Notes: generated by a model not told the origin, from the sequence alone. A DNA stretch of 64,000 nt from Myxococcota bacterium (GCA_041687695.1 JAWLBL010000025.1:64001-128000); one strand, 5' to 3'. Positions 28,387 to 44,255 are shown, counted from the first letter of the stretch. Made by a program: numbers and translations.

Positions 28387-29124
28387 TTACAGTCGCATGG
28401 CCCGGACGAGCAGCCGGGGACAGCCGTCGCGCACCGGGCCGCCTCCGTAGTCGCCGAGCAGCGCGTCGGCGACGAAGCCGGCCGCCTCGAGCATCCACTC
28501 GACCTCGGCGGGGAAGACGAGGCGCAGGGTCAGCGGCGACGTGGCGACGAGCGCGTCGTCGAGGTAGTAGCGGTCCAGGAACTCGATGCGCTGCTCGGCC
28601 GGGAACCGGCGCGTCTCGCGGGTGCGGCGGGCTTCGCGCTCGCCGAGCTGCCCCTGCCAGCTGGTGCGCTCGGGGCTGTGGCGCACGCCGAGCAGGGCGA
28701 AGTCGGGCATCGGCAGGTCGAGGGTCAGCAGGCCGCCGGGGTGCAGGGCGCGGTGGCAGGCGGCGAGGCACCGCTGCTGGTCGACCCGCCTGGGCAGGAA
28801 GTTGAAGGCGGCGTTGGGGACGACGATCTCGGCGAAGGGGCCGCCGACGCGGGCCACGTCGAAGTCGCGCATGTCCCCTTGCACGTATCGGGCCTGGGGC
28901 GCGCGCTCGCGGGCGATGGCGAGCATCGCCTCGGATCGGTCGAGGCCGACGACCCCGCGCGAGGCGCCGAGGACGCGGCCGACGCGGCCGGTGCCGCAGC
29001 CGAGGACCAGCAGCCGCCCGGCGACACCGCGCCGGGCGAAGAAGGCGACGTCGGCCTCGAGGCGGCCGTACTCGGCTTCGTAGAAGTCGGCGATGAGGGC
29101 GTAGGGGTCGAGCTCGTCAGTCAA
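28387..29124 (-). CDS. Class I SAM-dependent methyltransferase
   Basis: LVLGCGTGRV, GLDRSEAML, QGDMRDF, LHPGGLL; TTG start 3 nt after the upstream stop. Confidence 0.85.
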   Translation of the reverse strand: MTDELDPYALIADFYEAEYGRLEADVAFFARRGVAGRLLVLGCGTGRVGRVLGASRGVVGLDRSEAMLAIARERAPQARYVQGDMRDFDVARVGGPFAEIVVPNAAFNFLPRRVDQQRCLAACHRALHPGGLLTLDLPMPDFALLGVRHSPERTSWQGQLGEREARRTRETRRFPAEQRIEFLDRYYLDDALVATSPLTLRLVFPAEVEWMLEAAGFVADALLGDYGGGPVRDGCPRLLVRAMRL

Positions 29125-29127
29125 GCG

Positions 29128-33999
<4,872 letters not shown>

Positions 34000-34010
34000 G
34001 TGCGCCTCGC

Positions 34011-37000
34011 TCAGTCGATGCAGTACAGGGTGCCGGCGTCGTCCCCGAAGACGACGTAACCCGGCCCGATGGCCGCCGCGCCGTCCACGGCGGCGCCGGT
34101 CGTGAAGGTCCACAGCGTCGAGCCGGACTGGGTGAACGCGTGGAAGCGGCTGTTGCCCGCGCCGACGTAGACGTCCCCGTTGGTGTCGAAGACCGGCGAG
34201 GCGCCCGGGGCCGAGGGCTTGCTGACGCTGGCGGTCCAGCTGGTGCCCAGCGCCGAGGTGAAGCGGCGCAGGCCGGTGCCGCCCTGCGGCGACACGAACA
34301 CGAAGTCCTGGGGGTTGCAGCACTGGAAGCCGGTGTTGTGGATGGCCAGGTTCGAGTGGTTGGTCGAGCCGGTGCCGACGGTGGCGACCTGCACGGCCTG
34401 CGCGCCGGCGTCGTTGATGGCGTACAGGGTCGAGCCGAAGGTCTGGTAGAGCGTCCCGGTCTGCGAGACGACCACCGAGCCGCCGGCGGACTGGCCCGAG
34501 ACCGCGAAGGTCCACAGGACGGCGCCGTTCTTGTCGACGGCGTAGACCTTGTGGTCGGCGGCGGCGAAGTAGACGCGGCCGCTCGGGCCCAGGGCCAGCT
34601 CGGCGTGCTTGGTCTTGCTGTTGGGGACGGGGGTCGACCAGGCGACGACGCCGTCGGGGCCGACCCGGTGCAGGGCGGCGTTGGTGACGACGTAGGTGTT
34701 GCCGACCGCGTCGACCAGCGGGCTCGCGACGATGACGTCGTCGTCGGCGCCGGGCAGCGGGGTCGCCCAGATGGTGCTGAGATCGGGCCGCACCATCAGC
34801 AGCTCGCGCCCGGCGGGGACCAGCATCGTGCCGCCGGCGCGGACGCTGGGGCTGGCGCGTTTGAACGCTGGCGCGGGCAGGTCGCGCTCGTACAGGGTCG
34901 CGCCGTTCGAGGCCTGCAGGCGGAAGAGCTTGCTGCCGGCCAGGGCGACGATGCTGCCGTCGTCCAGGATGACGGGCGAGCCCTCGAGCTCGGCGCCCGC
35001 GACCAGCGTCTTCTTCCAGCGCAGCCCCGAGCCGCTCGAGGTCGGCGCCGACACCAGCATCGAGTGGCCGATGCGGCGCGCGTCGAACAGGTAGGTCGGC
35101 CAGCCGGTGGTCGACAGCCCGCAGCCCTCGTCGACCACGCCGTCGCAGTCGTCGTCGATGGCGTTGCAGGTCTCGCTCGCGTCGGGGCGGACCGCCGCCG
35201 CGTCGTCGTCGCAGTCGCCCCCGCGGCTCGCCGTGTGGTCGCCCTCGGAGGCGCACAGGCACAGGGCCGAGCCGTCGTCGCCCCAGGTGTCGCCGTCGAC
35301 GTCCTCGTACAGGGTGACGCAGCCCTCCACGCCGACGCCGTCGGTCTGCCCGTCGCAGTCGTCGTCGACGCCGTTGCAGGCCTCGACCTCGTCCGGGTTG
35401 CGCGCCGGGTTCGCGTCGTCGCAGTCGCCGGCCTCGGCCGCCGTGTAGGCCGCCAGCGGGCTGCACAGGCACAGCGACGCTCCGGCCACGCCGAACCCGT
35501 CCCCGTCGCCGTCGAGGAAGTAGGTCGCGCACCCGGCCGCGTCGGTCTCGTCCACGAAGCCGTCGCAGTCGTCGTCGACGCCGTTGCACACCTCGGCGAC
35601 GCCCGGGTGGCGCTGCGCGTCCTCGTCGTCGCAGTCGCCGCCCACGCCCACCTGGTAGGGCGGCGCCAGGGCGCACAGGCACTGGCCCGACCCGGTGACC
35701 CCGTAGCCGTCCCCGTCCCCGTCGACCAGGTACTCCACGCACCCGCCCGCCCCCTCGGGGTCCGTCAGCCCGTCGCAGTCGTCGTCGACCCCGTTGCAGG
35801 TCTCGGCCGCGCCCGGGTTCACGGCCGCCACCAGGTCGTCGCAGTCGCCGCCGATGAAGGCCCCGTAGCCGTCGCCCGGCGCGCACAGGCAGCGGGTGTC
35901 GCCCGCCACGCCGAACGTATCGCCGTCCTGGTCCAGCATGTACGGGTAGCACCCGACCGCGTCCGCCTCGTCGACCGCACCGTCGCAGTCGTCGTCCTGG
36001 CCGTTGCACTGCTCGGTCGCCTTCGGGTTGAACGCCGCCTGCAGGTCGTCGCAGTCGCCCCCCTGCGTGGCCGTGAACGTCCCCTTGGGCGCGCACAGGC
36101 ACTGGGCCTCGTCGGTCCGGCCGAAGGTGTCGCCGTCGGTGTCGCGGTAGTAGACCGTGCAGCCCTCGATGTCCGGGTCGTCGGCGACGCCGTTGCAGTC
36201 GTTGTCCAGCCCGTCGCAGACCTCCTCGGCCCCGGGCGAGATCTGCGGCGCCAGGTCGTCGCAGTCGCCGCCCACCGTCGCGACGTAGGGCGGCGCCGGC
36301 TCGCACAGGCAGCGCACGTCCGATGCGACCCCGAACCCGTCGCCGTCGGTGTCGCGGAAGTAGTCCGTGCACCCCTGGGCCCCGGCCTCGTCGGTCGCCC
36401 CGTCGCAGTCGTCGTCCAGCCCGTTGCACACCTCGGCCGCGCCCGGCCACGCCCCGGCCTCGTCGTCGTTGCAGTCGCCGCCCTGCTGCGTCGTCCACGG
36501 CGCGGCGGCCCCGCACAGGCACTGGTAGTCGGCCTGCACCCCGAAGCCGTCCCCGTCGCCGTCGCGGAACCACAGCGCGCACCCGACCGCGCCCACGTCG
36601 CCCGGGTCGCCGTTACAGTTGCGGTCCACGTCGTCGCACTGCTCCTCGGCCAGCGGGTGCACGTCCTTGTCGCCGTCGTCGCAGTCGCCGCCCTTGACGG
36701 CGACGTACGGCCCCTCGGGCTTGCACAGACACTGGCTGTCGCCCGTGACGCCCCAGCCGTCGCCGTCCGCGTCCCGATAGAACGGCGAGCACGCGAGATC
36801 CACCGCCTCGTCCGCCTCGCCGTCGCAGTCGTCGTCGATCTGGTTGCAGACCTCGGCCGCGTCCGGGTGGACCAGCGGGTTCTTGTCGTCGCAGTCCAAC
36901 GCGGCCGCGTCGGCCACGGCCACCGTGAAGGGCAGGGCGGGCGCGCACAGGCACCGGGTCTGCCCGTCGACCGCGAAGCCGTCCTGGTCCAGGTCGGCCA

Positions 37001-38879
37001 GGTACTCGGTGCACCCGGTCGCTCCCTCCTCATCGATGAAGCCGTCGCAGTCGTCGTCCAGGCCGTTGCAGGCCTCGACCCCGCCCGGCTTGGCGTCGGC
37101 CGACAGGTCGTTGCAGTCGCCGCCCTGGGCCGCCGTGTAGGGCGCCGCCCCCTCGCACACGCACTGCAGATCGCCCGACAGGCCGAAGCCGTCCCCGTCC
37201 TCGTCCCGGTAGGCCGGCGCGCACCCGACCGCGCCCGGCTCGTCGACGAGGCCGTCGCAGTCGTTGTCGACGCCGTCGCACACCTCGGGCAGCTGCGGGT
37301 TGCGCTCGGCGTCGCCGTCGTCGCAGTCGCCCCCGACCGTCACGACGTAGGCCCCGGCCGGCGCGCACAGACACGCGAAGGCCTGCTTGTCGCCGAAGCC
37401 GTCGCCGTCGGCGTCCTCGAAGTACAGGACGCACTTGCCCGCGCCCTCCTCGTCGGTCTGCCCGTCGCAGTCGTTGTCCAGGCCGTCGCACAGCTCGACC
37501 GAGCCCGGGTTCGCCTTGGGCTCGGCGTCGTCGCAGTCGGTCTTGTCCTTGGCGGTCATGACGCCCGCCGGCGCGCACAGGCAGGCGCTGACGGCGGCGT
37601 CCCCGTACCCGTCGCCGTCCACGTCGGCGAAGTAGCCGAAGCACCCCGTCGCCCCCGGCTCGTCCGTCTCCCCGTCGCAGTCGTCGTCCAGGCCGTTGCA
37701 GACCTCGAAGCCGCCCGGGTTCGCCTTCTTGGCCGCGTCGTTGCAGTCGCCGCCCTTGGTCGCCGTCAGCGCCCCCTCGGGGCCGCACAGGCAGACCGGC
37801 TCGCCGACGCCCCAGCCGTCGCCGTCCTCGTCCAGGTAGTGGTCGACGCAGCCGCTGCCGTCCTCGTCCGTCTCCCCGTCGCAGTCGTCGTCCTTGCCGT
37901 TGCAGACCTCGGCGGCGGGCGCGACGCCCTCGCAGGTCACGCCGCCCTCGCCGCCGCAGGCCGTCACGCCCGGGCAGCTGCCGTGCGCGTTGTCGATGGC
38001 GCAGGGCTCGCTCGCGAAGCCCTCGTCGACCGCGCCGTCGCAGTCGTTGTCGACGCCGTCGCACAGGTCGGGGCTCGGCTCGGCCGCGTCGCAGGCCGTC
38101 AGGGCGCCCGCCGGGTCGTCCGGCGCGCACCGCCGCTCGCCCGGGCACGAGCCGGCGGCGTTGGTGTGGTGGCACGTCGTCCCCAGCCCCAGCGCGGTCG
38201 CCTTCGGCGAGCACGCGCAGGTCCCCGTCTCGGGGACGCACTGCTCGCTGACCGCGCCCGTGACGTCGGCCACGGTCGCGCAGAAGTAGCCCGCCGGACA
38301 GCCCGCCTTGTCGCAGGCGCCGCCGCAGAAGGCGCCGTCGTCGCCGGCCGCCACGCACCGGTGCGGGGTCGAGTCGTGCTTGGTCGTGCAGTCCGTGTTC
38401 TGCGTGCACGGGTCGCACAGGGTCGGGAAGCGCGGCAGGCACAGGTACAGCACGTCCGGCAGCGCCGACAGGTCCTGCCGGCACGCGAAGTCCCCCGGGC
38501 AGCTGGTCGTGCACCCCTTCGAGCAGACCTTGCCGCTGGGCGCGTCGACGCAGTAGCTGCTGTTGCAGTCGCCCTCGGTCTGGCAGGGCCAGCCCAGCTC
38601 TCCCTCGGTGGGGACGTACGGCCCCAGGTCGCCCTCGACGTCGGCCCCCACGTCCGCGACGTCCGGCGTCACGTCGGGCCCGCTCGCATCCACGACGTCC
38701 GTCGGGTCCGGCTTGGTGTCCCCGCCCGCCTCGACCGAGGCGTCCTCGGCCGACGAGGTCGCGTCGCCCCCACAGCCGGCGGCCACCACGGCGAGCGCGA
38801 GCGCCAGCGCCGCCGGCCACCCAACGCTCGCCGGACCCCGCCTGGGCCCACCACAAACCGCGCGACGTGCGACTCGCAT
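34011..38879 (-). CDS. Giant lipoprotein paralog (~1622 aa): 15 Cys/Asp repeats plus PQQ/BamB-like beta-propeller
   Basis: SD GGGAGGG before ATG 38879, lipobox VAAGC, same architecture as the downstream paralog. Confidence 0.85.
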   Translation of the reverse strand: MRVARRAVCGGPRRGPASVGWPAALALALAVVAAGCGGDATSSAEDASVEAGGDTKPDPTDVVDASGPDVTPDVADVGADVEGDLGPYVPTEGELGWPCQTEGDCNSSYCVDAPSGKVCSKGCTTSCPGDFACRQDLSALPDVLYLCLPRFPTLCDPCTQNTDCTTKHDSTPHRCVAAGDDGAFCGGACDKAGCPAGYFCATVADVTGAVSEQCVPETGTCACSPKATALGLGTTCHHTNAAGSCPGERRCAPDDPAGALTACDAAEPSPDLCDGVDNDCDGAVDEGFASEPCAIDNAHGSCPGVTACGGEGGVTCEGVAPAAEVCNGKDDDCDGETDEDGSGCVDHYLDEDGDGWGVGEPVCLCGPEGALTATKGGDCNDAAKKANPGGFEVCNGLDDDCDGETDEPGATGCFGYFADVDGDGYGDAAVSACLCAPAGVMTAKDKTDCDDAEPKANPGSVELCDGLDNDCDGQTDEEGAGKCVLYFEDADGDGFGDKQAFACLCAPAGAYVVTVGGDCDDGDAERNPQLPEVCDGVDNDCDGLVDEPGAVGCAPAYRDEDGDGFGLSGDLQCVCEGAAPYTAAQGGDCNDLSADAKPGGVEACNGLDDDCDGFIDEEGATGCTEYLADLDQDGFAVDGQTRCLCAPALPFTVAVADAAALDCDDKNPLVHPDAAEVCNQIDDDCDGEADEAVDLACSPFYRDADGDGWGVTGDSQCLCKPEGPYVAVKGGDCDDGDKDVHPLAEEQCDDVDRNCNGDPGDVGAVGCALWFRDGDGDGFGVQADYQCLCGAAAPWTTQQGGDCNDDEAGAWPGAAEVCNGLDDDCDGATDEAGAQGCTDYFRDTDGDGFGVASDVRCLCEPAPPYVATVGGDCDDLAPQISPGAEEVCDGLDNDCNGVADDPDIEGCTVYYRDTDGDTFGRTDEAQCLCAPKGTFTATQGGDCDDLQAAFNPKATEQCNGQDDDCDGAVDEADAVGCYPYMLDQDGDTFGVAGDTRCLCAPGDGYGAFIGGDCDDLVAAVNPGAAETCNGVDDDCDGLTDPEGAGGCVEYLVDGDGDGYGVTGSGQCLCALAPPYQVGVGGDCDDEDAQRHPGVAEVCNGVDDDCDGFVDETDAAGCATYFLDGDGDGFGVAGASLCLCSPLAAYTAAEAGDCDDANPARNPDEVEACNGVDDDCDGQTDGVGVEGCVTLYEDVDGDTWGDDGSALCLCASEGDHTASRGGDCDDDAAAVRPDASETCNAIDDDCDGVVDEGCGLSTTGWPTYLFDARRIGHSMLVSAPTSSGSGLRWKKTLVAGAELEGSPVILDDGSIVALAGSKLFRLQASNGATLYERDLPAPAFKRASPSVRAGGTMLVPAGRELLMVRPDLSTIWATPLPGADDDVIVASPLVDAVGNTYVVTNAALHRVGPDGVVAWSTPVPNSKTKHAELALGPSGRVYFAAADHKVYAVDKNGAVLWTFAVSGQSAGGSVVVSQTGTLYQTFGSTLYAINDAGAQAVQVATVGTGSTNHSNLAIHNTGFQCCNPQDFVFVSPQGGTGLRRFTSALGTSWTASVSKPSAPGASPVFDTNGDVYVGAGNSRFHAFTQSGSTLWTFTTGAAVDGAAAIGPGYVVFGDDAGTLYCID
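35125..38075 (-). repeat. Intragenic repeat array (mostly ~210 bp / ~70 aa period)
   Basis: 15 motifs counted, one of them degenerate (DRNCNG). Confidence 0.85.
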
Positions 38880-38915
38880 CTGCCCTCCCGCCGACCAGGG
38901 GCCCGACCGACGGGC

Positions 38916-38921
38916 ATCATA
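38916..38921 (-). promoter_or_regulatory. Putative -10 (TATGAT) for the giant lipoprotein operon
   Basis: Near-consensus hexamer 36 nt upstream of ATG 38879. Confidence 0.45.
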
Positions 38922-39017
38922 GGCCTCGCCGCGGCGCATGGGAATGGCAGGCTCGCGTCCGCCGCCCGCGCCCCTCACGTTCAGACGGGACACGGGGTCG
39001 CCGCTCTCCAGCGACGC

Positions 39018-39518
39018 TCAGCCGTCCTCGGGCCGCCGCTCCAGCGTCACGAAGGCGAGCTCGCCGCGCTCGTCCCGCTCGACCTCTCGCCACTGGGCGC
39101 GGTCGAACGGCGGGAACGACACGTCCCCCGCCACGTCGCGGTGGACCTCGGTCCAGTAGATCCGGCTCGCCACCGGCAGGGCCAGGCGGAACAGGTCGGC
39201 GCCGCCGATGACCCGCGGCTCGGGATCGCCTTGCCGCGCCAGCGCCAAGGCCTCGTCCAGCGAATGCGCCACCTCGGCGCCCTCGGCCACGTAGCCGGCC
39301 TGGCGCGTCACCACGATGTTGCGCCGCCTGGGCAGCGGGCGGCCGATGGACTCCCAGGTCTTGCGGCCCATGATGACCGCGTGGCCCAGGGTCTTGGCCT
39401 TGAAGTGCTTGAGATCCTCGGGCAGGTGCCAGGGCAGGGCGCCGCCCGCCCCGATGACGCCGCTATCGGCCACCGCGACGACCAGCACCAGCCCGGCCTG
39501 GGGCGCCTCGGCGCTCAC
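39018..39518 (-). CDS. folA: Dihydrofolate reductase
   Basis: [44 protein letters not shown]. Confidence 0.95.
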   Translation of the reverse strand: MSAEAPQAGLVLVVAVADSGVIGAGGALPWHLPEDLKHFKAKTLGHAVIMGRKTWESIGRPLPRRRNIVVTRQAGYVAEGAEVAHSLDEALALARQGDPEPRVIGGADLFRLALPVASRIYWTEVHRDVAGDVSFPPFDRAQWREVERDERGELAFVTLERRPEDG

Positions 39519-40357
39519 ACCGACACCTCGGCCTTGATGTGGGGGTGCGGGTCGTAGCCCTCGAGCCGGAAGTCCTCGAAGCGAAAGGCGAACAGGTCCG
39601 TCACCGCGGGATTGAGGACCATGCGCGGCAGCGGCCGGGGCGCGCGCGTCAGCTGCAGGCGCGCCTGCTCGAGGTGGTTCGAGTACAGGTGGGCGTCGCC
39701 CAGCGTGTGGACGAAGTCCCCCGGCCGCAGCCCCGCGACCTGGGCGATCATCAGGGTCAGCAGCGCGTAGCTGGCGATGTTGAAGGGCACGCCCAGGAAC
39801 ACGTCGCCCGAGCGTTGGTACAGCTGACAGCTCAGCTCGCCCTGGCTGACGTACAGCTGGAACAGCGTGTGGCAGGGCGGCAGCGCGACCTGGTCGGCCT
39901 CCTTGGGGTTCCAGCCGGTGACGATGAGGCGGCGGCTGTTGGGGTTGTGCCGCAGCTCATCGAGCAGACGCAGAATCTGGTCGACACCGTCGGCCTCCCA
40001 GGTCCCGTCCGGCCGCGGCGTCGCGCCGAAGTTGCGCCACTGGTGGCCGTAGATGGGCCCCAGATCCCCCTCGGCGCGGCCGAAGCGGGCGGTCTGCTCG
40101 GCGGTGGCCCACTCGTCCCAGATGCGGACGCCGGCCTCCTGCAGCGACCCGACGTGGGTCTCGCCGCGCAAAAACCACAGCAGCTCGTGCAGGATCGAGC
40201 GCAGGTGAAGCTTCTTGGTCGTCAGCAGCGGGAAACCCGCCCGCAGATCGAAGCGCATCTGGTGCCCGAACACGCTCAGCGTGCCCGTCCCGGTGCGGTC
40301 GTCGCGCCGGACGCCCTCCCGCAGGATCCGGTCCAATAGATCGAGATACTGCTGCAT
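39515..40357 (-). CDS. thyA: Thymidylate synthase
   Basis: [44 protein letters not shown]. Confidence 0.97.
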   Translation of the reverse strand: MQQYLDLLDRILREGVRRDDRTGTGTLSVFGHQMRFDLRAGFPLLTTKKLHLRSILHELLWFLRGETHVGSLQEAGVRIWDEWATAEQTARFGRAEGDLGPIYGHQWRNFGATPRPDGTWEADGVDQILRLLDELRHNPNSRRLIVTGWNPKEADQVALPPCHTLFQLYVSQGELSCQLYQRSGDVFLGVPFNIASYALLTLMIAQVAGLRPGDFVHTLGDAHLYSNHLEQARLQLTRAPRPLPRMVLNPAVTDLFAFRFEDFRLEGYDPHPHIKAEVSV

Positions 40358-40433
40358 GGCGCCTCACTACCCCGAGCCATCCCGCCCAAGCAAGCGTTGG
40401 CGCAGGCCGGTGGGTCCCCCATACTCGCCGGCC

Positions 40434-41111
40434 ATGACCGCCCCCGCGCCCGCCACCGAAGCCGAGCTGCTCGCCCGCGCCCGCCGCCTCGCCGGCCGCT
40501 CCCTCGCCGCGGTCGCCGCCGAGCTCGAGGTCCCGGTCCCGCCCGATCTCCGCCGCCACAAGGGCTGGGTCGGCCACCTGGTCGAGCGCGCCCTGGGCGC
40601 CACCGCCGCCAGCCGCGCCGAGCCCGACTTCCCCCAGCTGGGCGTCGAGCTCAAGACCCTGCCGGTCGACGCGCGCGGCCGCCCCCGCGAGTCGACCTGG
40701 GTGTGCACCGCGCCGCTGGCCGACCTCGACGCCCTCGACTGGGAGACCTCGCCCGTCCGCCACAAGCTGGCCCGCGTCCTGTGGGTCCCCGTCCAGGCCG
40801 ACCCCGCCATCCCGCTGGCCGACCGCCGCCTGGGCAGCCCGCTCATGTGGACCGCCGCCCCCGACGAGGAGCGCGCCCTCCGCGACGACTGGGTCGAGCT
40901 GACCGACGTCATCCGCTTGGGGCAGGGCGAGACCCTCACCGCCCACCACGGCGAGGTGCTGCAGGTCCGCCCCAAGGCCGCCAACGCCCGCGAGCGCAAG
41001 CTGGGCGTCGGCCCCAGCGGCTGGCTCGAGGAGGTCCCGCCGCTGGGCTTCTATCTGCGCGCCCGCTTCACCGCGGCCCTGCTGGCGCGCCACTACGCCC
41101 TGCCGGCCTGA
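40434..41111 (+). CDS. mutH: DNA mismatch repair endonuclease MutH
   Basis: HKGWVGHLVERALGA, PDFPQLGVELKTLPV (PD-ExK), RHKLARVLWVPV, LQVRPKAAN, GFYLRARFTAALLARHY; 225 aa, single domain. Confidence 0.9.
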   Translation: MTAPAPATEAELLARARRLAGRSLAAVAAELEVPVPPDLRRHKGWVGHLVERALGATAASRAEPDFPQLGVELKTLPVDARGRPRESTWVCTAPLADLDALDWETSPVRHKLARVLWVPVQADPAIPLADRRLGSPLMWTAAPDEERALRDDWVELTDVIRLGQGETLTAHHGEVLQVRPKAANARERKLGVGPSGWLEEVPPLGFYLRARFTAALLARHYALPA

Positions 41112-41171
41112 CGCGCGCTCGTCGCCCAACCCCGCGTGCGCGCTTGCGAAATCGCTTCCGGCGCGCCGCGG

Positions 41172-41200
41172 TTGAACGCCCCCCGGGCGTCGGCTATGGT
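41172..41200 (+). promoter_or_regulatory. Sigma70-type promoter TTGAAC-N17-TATGGT upstream of tkt
   Basis: Hexamers with 17-nt spacing; GGAGG SD at 41241. Confidence 0.55.
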
Positions 41201-41253
41201 GCGCCCGCCCGACCCCCCAGGCCCCGCCCGGCCCCCGTACGGAGGACGCTTCC

Positions 41254-43317
41254 ATGAGTGATCCGCGGCTCGACGAGCTCGTCGTCAACACCCTCAAGAC
41301 GCTGGCCATCGACGCCGTCGAGCGCGCCAACTCCGGCCACCCCGGCATGCCGATGGGCATGGCCGACACGGCCTCGGTCCTGTGGCGCCAGTTCCTGGTG
41401 GTCGACCCGGCCGATCCCGGCTTCGCCGACCGCGACCGCTTCATCCTCTCGGCCGGCCACGGCAGCATGCTGCTGTACGGCCTGCTGCACCTGTCCGGCT
41501 TCGACCTGTCGATGGACGAGCTGCAGCGCTTCCGCCAGCTGGGCTCGAAGACCCCCGGCCACCCCGAGGTGGGCCTGACCCCGGGCGTCGAGACCACCAC
41601 CGGCCCGCTCGGCCAGGGCTTCGCCAACGGCGTCGGCCTGGCGCTGGCCGAGGCGCACCTCGCCGCACGCTTCAACCGCCCCGGCCTCACCCTGGTCGAC
41701 CACTTCACCTACGCCATCTGCTCGGACGGCGATCTGCACGAGGGCCTGTCCCACGAGGCCGCCGCCATCGCCGGCCACCTGGGCCTCGGCAAGCTGGTCT
41801 ACCTCTTCGACGACAACAGCATCACCATCGACGGCGCCACCGATCTGTCGACCAGCGAGGACGTCACCGGCCGCTTCGAGGCCTACGGCTGGCACGTCCT
41901 GGCGGTCGACGGCCACGACCGCGCGGCCGTCGCCCAGGCCATCGCCGCCGCCCAGGCCGTCACCGACAAGCCCTCGCTCATCCGCTGCAAGACCCGCATC
42001 GGCGCCGGCAGCCCCAACCGCGGCGGCACCTCCAAGTCGCACGGCTCGCCGCTGGGCAAGGAAGAGACGCGCCTGACCAAGGAGGCCCTCGGCTGGCCGG
42101 TCGACGCCGAGTTCCTGGTCCCCGCCGGCGTCCGAGAGGCCTTCGCCGAACTGCGCCGCCGCGGCGCCGAAAAGCGCGCCGCCTGGCACGACACCTTCGC
42201 CCGCTACCAGGCCGCCCACCCCGAGCTGGCCGCCGAGTGGCGCCGCATCCACGACGGCGCCGGCCTGCCGGGCGACGTCCAGGCCCACCTGCCGACCTGG
42301 GCCGCCGACGCCAAGCCCGAGGCGACCCGCGTGTCCTCCGGCAAGGTCATCAACGCCCTGGCGCCCCACGTCACCCAGCTGATGGGCGGCTCGGCCGATC
42401 TGGCCGGCTCGAACAACACCACCTTGAAGGACATCCCCTTCGTCCGCCGCGGCGACTACCAAGGGCGCAACGTCCACTTCGGCGTGCGCGAGCACGCGAT
42501 GGCCGCCATCCTGAACGGTCTGGCCCTGCACGGCGGCGTCATCCCCTACGCCGGCACCTTCCTGACCTTCAGCGACTACATGCGGCCGTCCATCCGCCTG
42601 GCGGCGCTCATGCACCAGCGGGTCGTGCACGTCCTGACCCACGACTCCATCTTCCTGGGCGAGGACGGCCCCACCCACCAGTCCATCGAGCACGCGATGG
42701 CGCTGCGCCTCATCCCGGGGCTCCACGTCATGCGCCCGGCCGACGGCCGCGAGACCGCCGCCGCCTGGCTCGCCGCGCTGCGCCGCACCGACGGCCCGAC
42801 CGCGATGCTGCTCACCCGCCAGAACCTGCCCCAGCTGCCCGGCAGCGAGAGCGCCGTCGAGGGCGTCGCCAAGGGCGGCTACGTCGTCCACGGCGACCCG
42901 GACGCGCGCCCCGACGTCATCCTCATCGCGACCGGCTCCGAGGTGCACCTGTGCACCCAGGCCGCCGCCATCCTCGAGGGCCGCGGCCTGTCGGTCCGCG
43001 TCGTCTCGATGCCCTGCGTCGAGCGCTTCATGGCGCAGCCCGAGGTCTACCGCCTGGCCGTCCTGCCGCCCGAGTGCCCCATCCGCCTGTCGGTCGAGGC
43101 CGGCCGCACCCTGGGCTGGGAGCGCTTCGTCGGCCCGCTGGGCGCCAGCATCGGCATCGACCGCTTCGGCGAGTCGGCCCCCGCCGAGGATCTCGCCACC
43201 TTCTTCGGCCTGACCGTCGACAACGTGGTCAACCAGGCGCTGGGCCTGCTCGGCACCGCCCGCCAGCGCGCCCGTGACCAGCGCGCGCTGCTGGACCACC
43301 TCGTCGGCGGACCTTGA
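41254..43317 (+). CDS. tkt: Transketolase
   Basis: [59 protein letters not shown]. Confidence 0.97.
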   Translation: MSDPRLDELVVNTLKTLAIDAVERANSGHPGMPMGMADTASVLWRQFLVVDPADPGFADRDRFILSAGHGSMLLYGLLHLSGFDLSMDELQRFRQLGSKTPGHPEVGLTPGVETTTGPLGQGFANGVGLALAEAHLAARFNRPGLTLVDHFTYAICSDGDLHEGLSHEAAAIAGHLGLGKLVYLFDDNSITIDGATDLSTSEDVTGRFEAYGWHVLAVDGHDRAAVAQAIAAAQAVTDKPSLIRCKTRIGAGSPNRGGTSKSHGSPLGKEETRLTKEALGWPVDAEFLVPAGVREAFAELRRRGAEKRAAWHDTFARYQAAHPELAAEWRRIHDGAGLPGDVQAHLPTWAADAKPEATRVSSGKVINALAPHVTQLMGGSADLAGSNNTTLKDIPFVRRGDYQGRNVHFGVREHAMAAILNGLALHGGVIPYAGTFLTFSDYMRPSIRLAALMHQRVVHVLTHDSIFLGEDGPTHQSIEHAMALRLIPGLHVMRPADGRETAAAWLAALRRTDGPTAMLLTRQNLPQLPGSESAVEGVAKGGYVVHGDPDARPDVILIATGSEVHLCTQAAAILEGRGLSVRVVSMPCVERFMAQPEVYRLAVLPPECPIRLSVEAGRTLGWERFVGPLGASIGIDRFGESAPAEDLATFFGLTVDNVVNQALGLLGTARQRARDQRALLDHLVGGP

Positions 43318-44255
43318 TCGCCCTTGGAGTCGACGCCGAGAACCTGGCCCTCGCCCCCGCGGCGGCGGCCTGGCTCGGCGACGTCCTGCCGTACCAGGGG
43401 ACGCCTCCGGCCCAGGCCGAGGCGCTCCTCATCCGCTCGACCCTGCGGCTCGACGACGCGCTGCTCGGCCGCCTGCCGCGCCTGCGCCTGGTCGCGACCG
43501 CCAGCAGCGGCACCGACCACGTCGACACGGACGCCCTGGCGCGGCGCGGCATCGCCTTCGGGGCCGCCCCGGGCGCCAACGCCGAGGCGGTCGCCGACTG
43601 GGTGCAGCTGGCCTTGGAGCGCCTCGAGGTCGGCCCCGCGACCGTCGGCGTCATCGGCGTCGGCCACGTCGGCCGCGCCGTCGCCGCGCGCCTCGGCCCG
43701 CTGGGCCATCGCCTCTTGCTGTGCGACCCGCCCCGCGCCGGCCGAGAGCCCGGCTTCCCGCACCGAAGCCTCGACGACCTCCTGGCCCAGGCCGACGTCC
43801 TGACCCTGCACGTCCCGCTCGACCCCTCGACCCGCGATCTCCTCGACGCGGCGGCCCTGCAGCGCTTCGGCGGCCACGTCGTCCTCAACGCCGCCCGTGG
43901 CCACGTCCTGAACGAGCCCGCCGCCCGCGCCTGGCGGCAGGGCGGGGCAGGGCGCCGCCTGGCCCTCGACGTCTTCGCTGGCGAGCCCAACCCCGACCCG
44001 GCCACCCTGGCCGCCGCCGACTTCGTCACCCCCCACGTCGCCGGCCACACCACCGAGGCCAAGACCGAGGCGGTCCGCCGCGCCATCGCCTGGCTGGCCA
44101 CCCAGCTGGGCCGCGACCCGGCCGACATGCCCCCGACGCCCCCGCCGGTCGTCCCCGGCGATCCCAGCGCCATCCTGGCCGCCGCCGACGCCGCCCTGCG
44201 CGCCGGCCAGCCCTTCAAAGAGGTCCGCGCCGCCTCGGTCCGCCCTCCGCTCTGA
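43314..44255 (+). CDS. pdxB: Erythronate-4-phosphate dehydrogenase-like protein (C-terminus shorter than E. coli PdxB)
   Basis: [54 protein letters not shown] overlap with tkt. Confidence 0.75.
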   Translation: MIALGVDAENLALAPAAAAWLGDVLPYQGTPPAQAEALLIRSTLRLDDALLGRLPRLRLVATASSGTDHVDTDALARRGIAFGAAPGANAEAVADWVQLALERLEVGPATVGVIGVGHVGRAVAARLGPLGHRLLLCDPPRAGREPGFPHRSLDDLLAQADVLTLHVPLDPSTRDLLDAAALQRFGGHVVLNAARGHVLNEPAARAWRQGGAGRRLALDVFAGEPNPDPATLAAADFVTPHVAGHTTEAKTEAVRRAIAWLATQLGRDPADMPPTPPPVVPGDPSAILAAADAALRAGQPFKEVRAASVRPPL

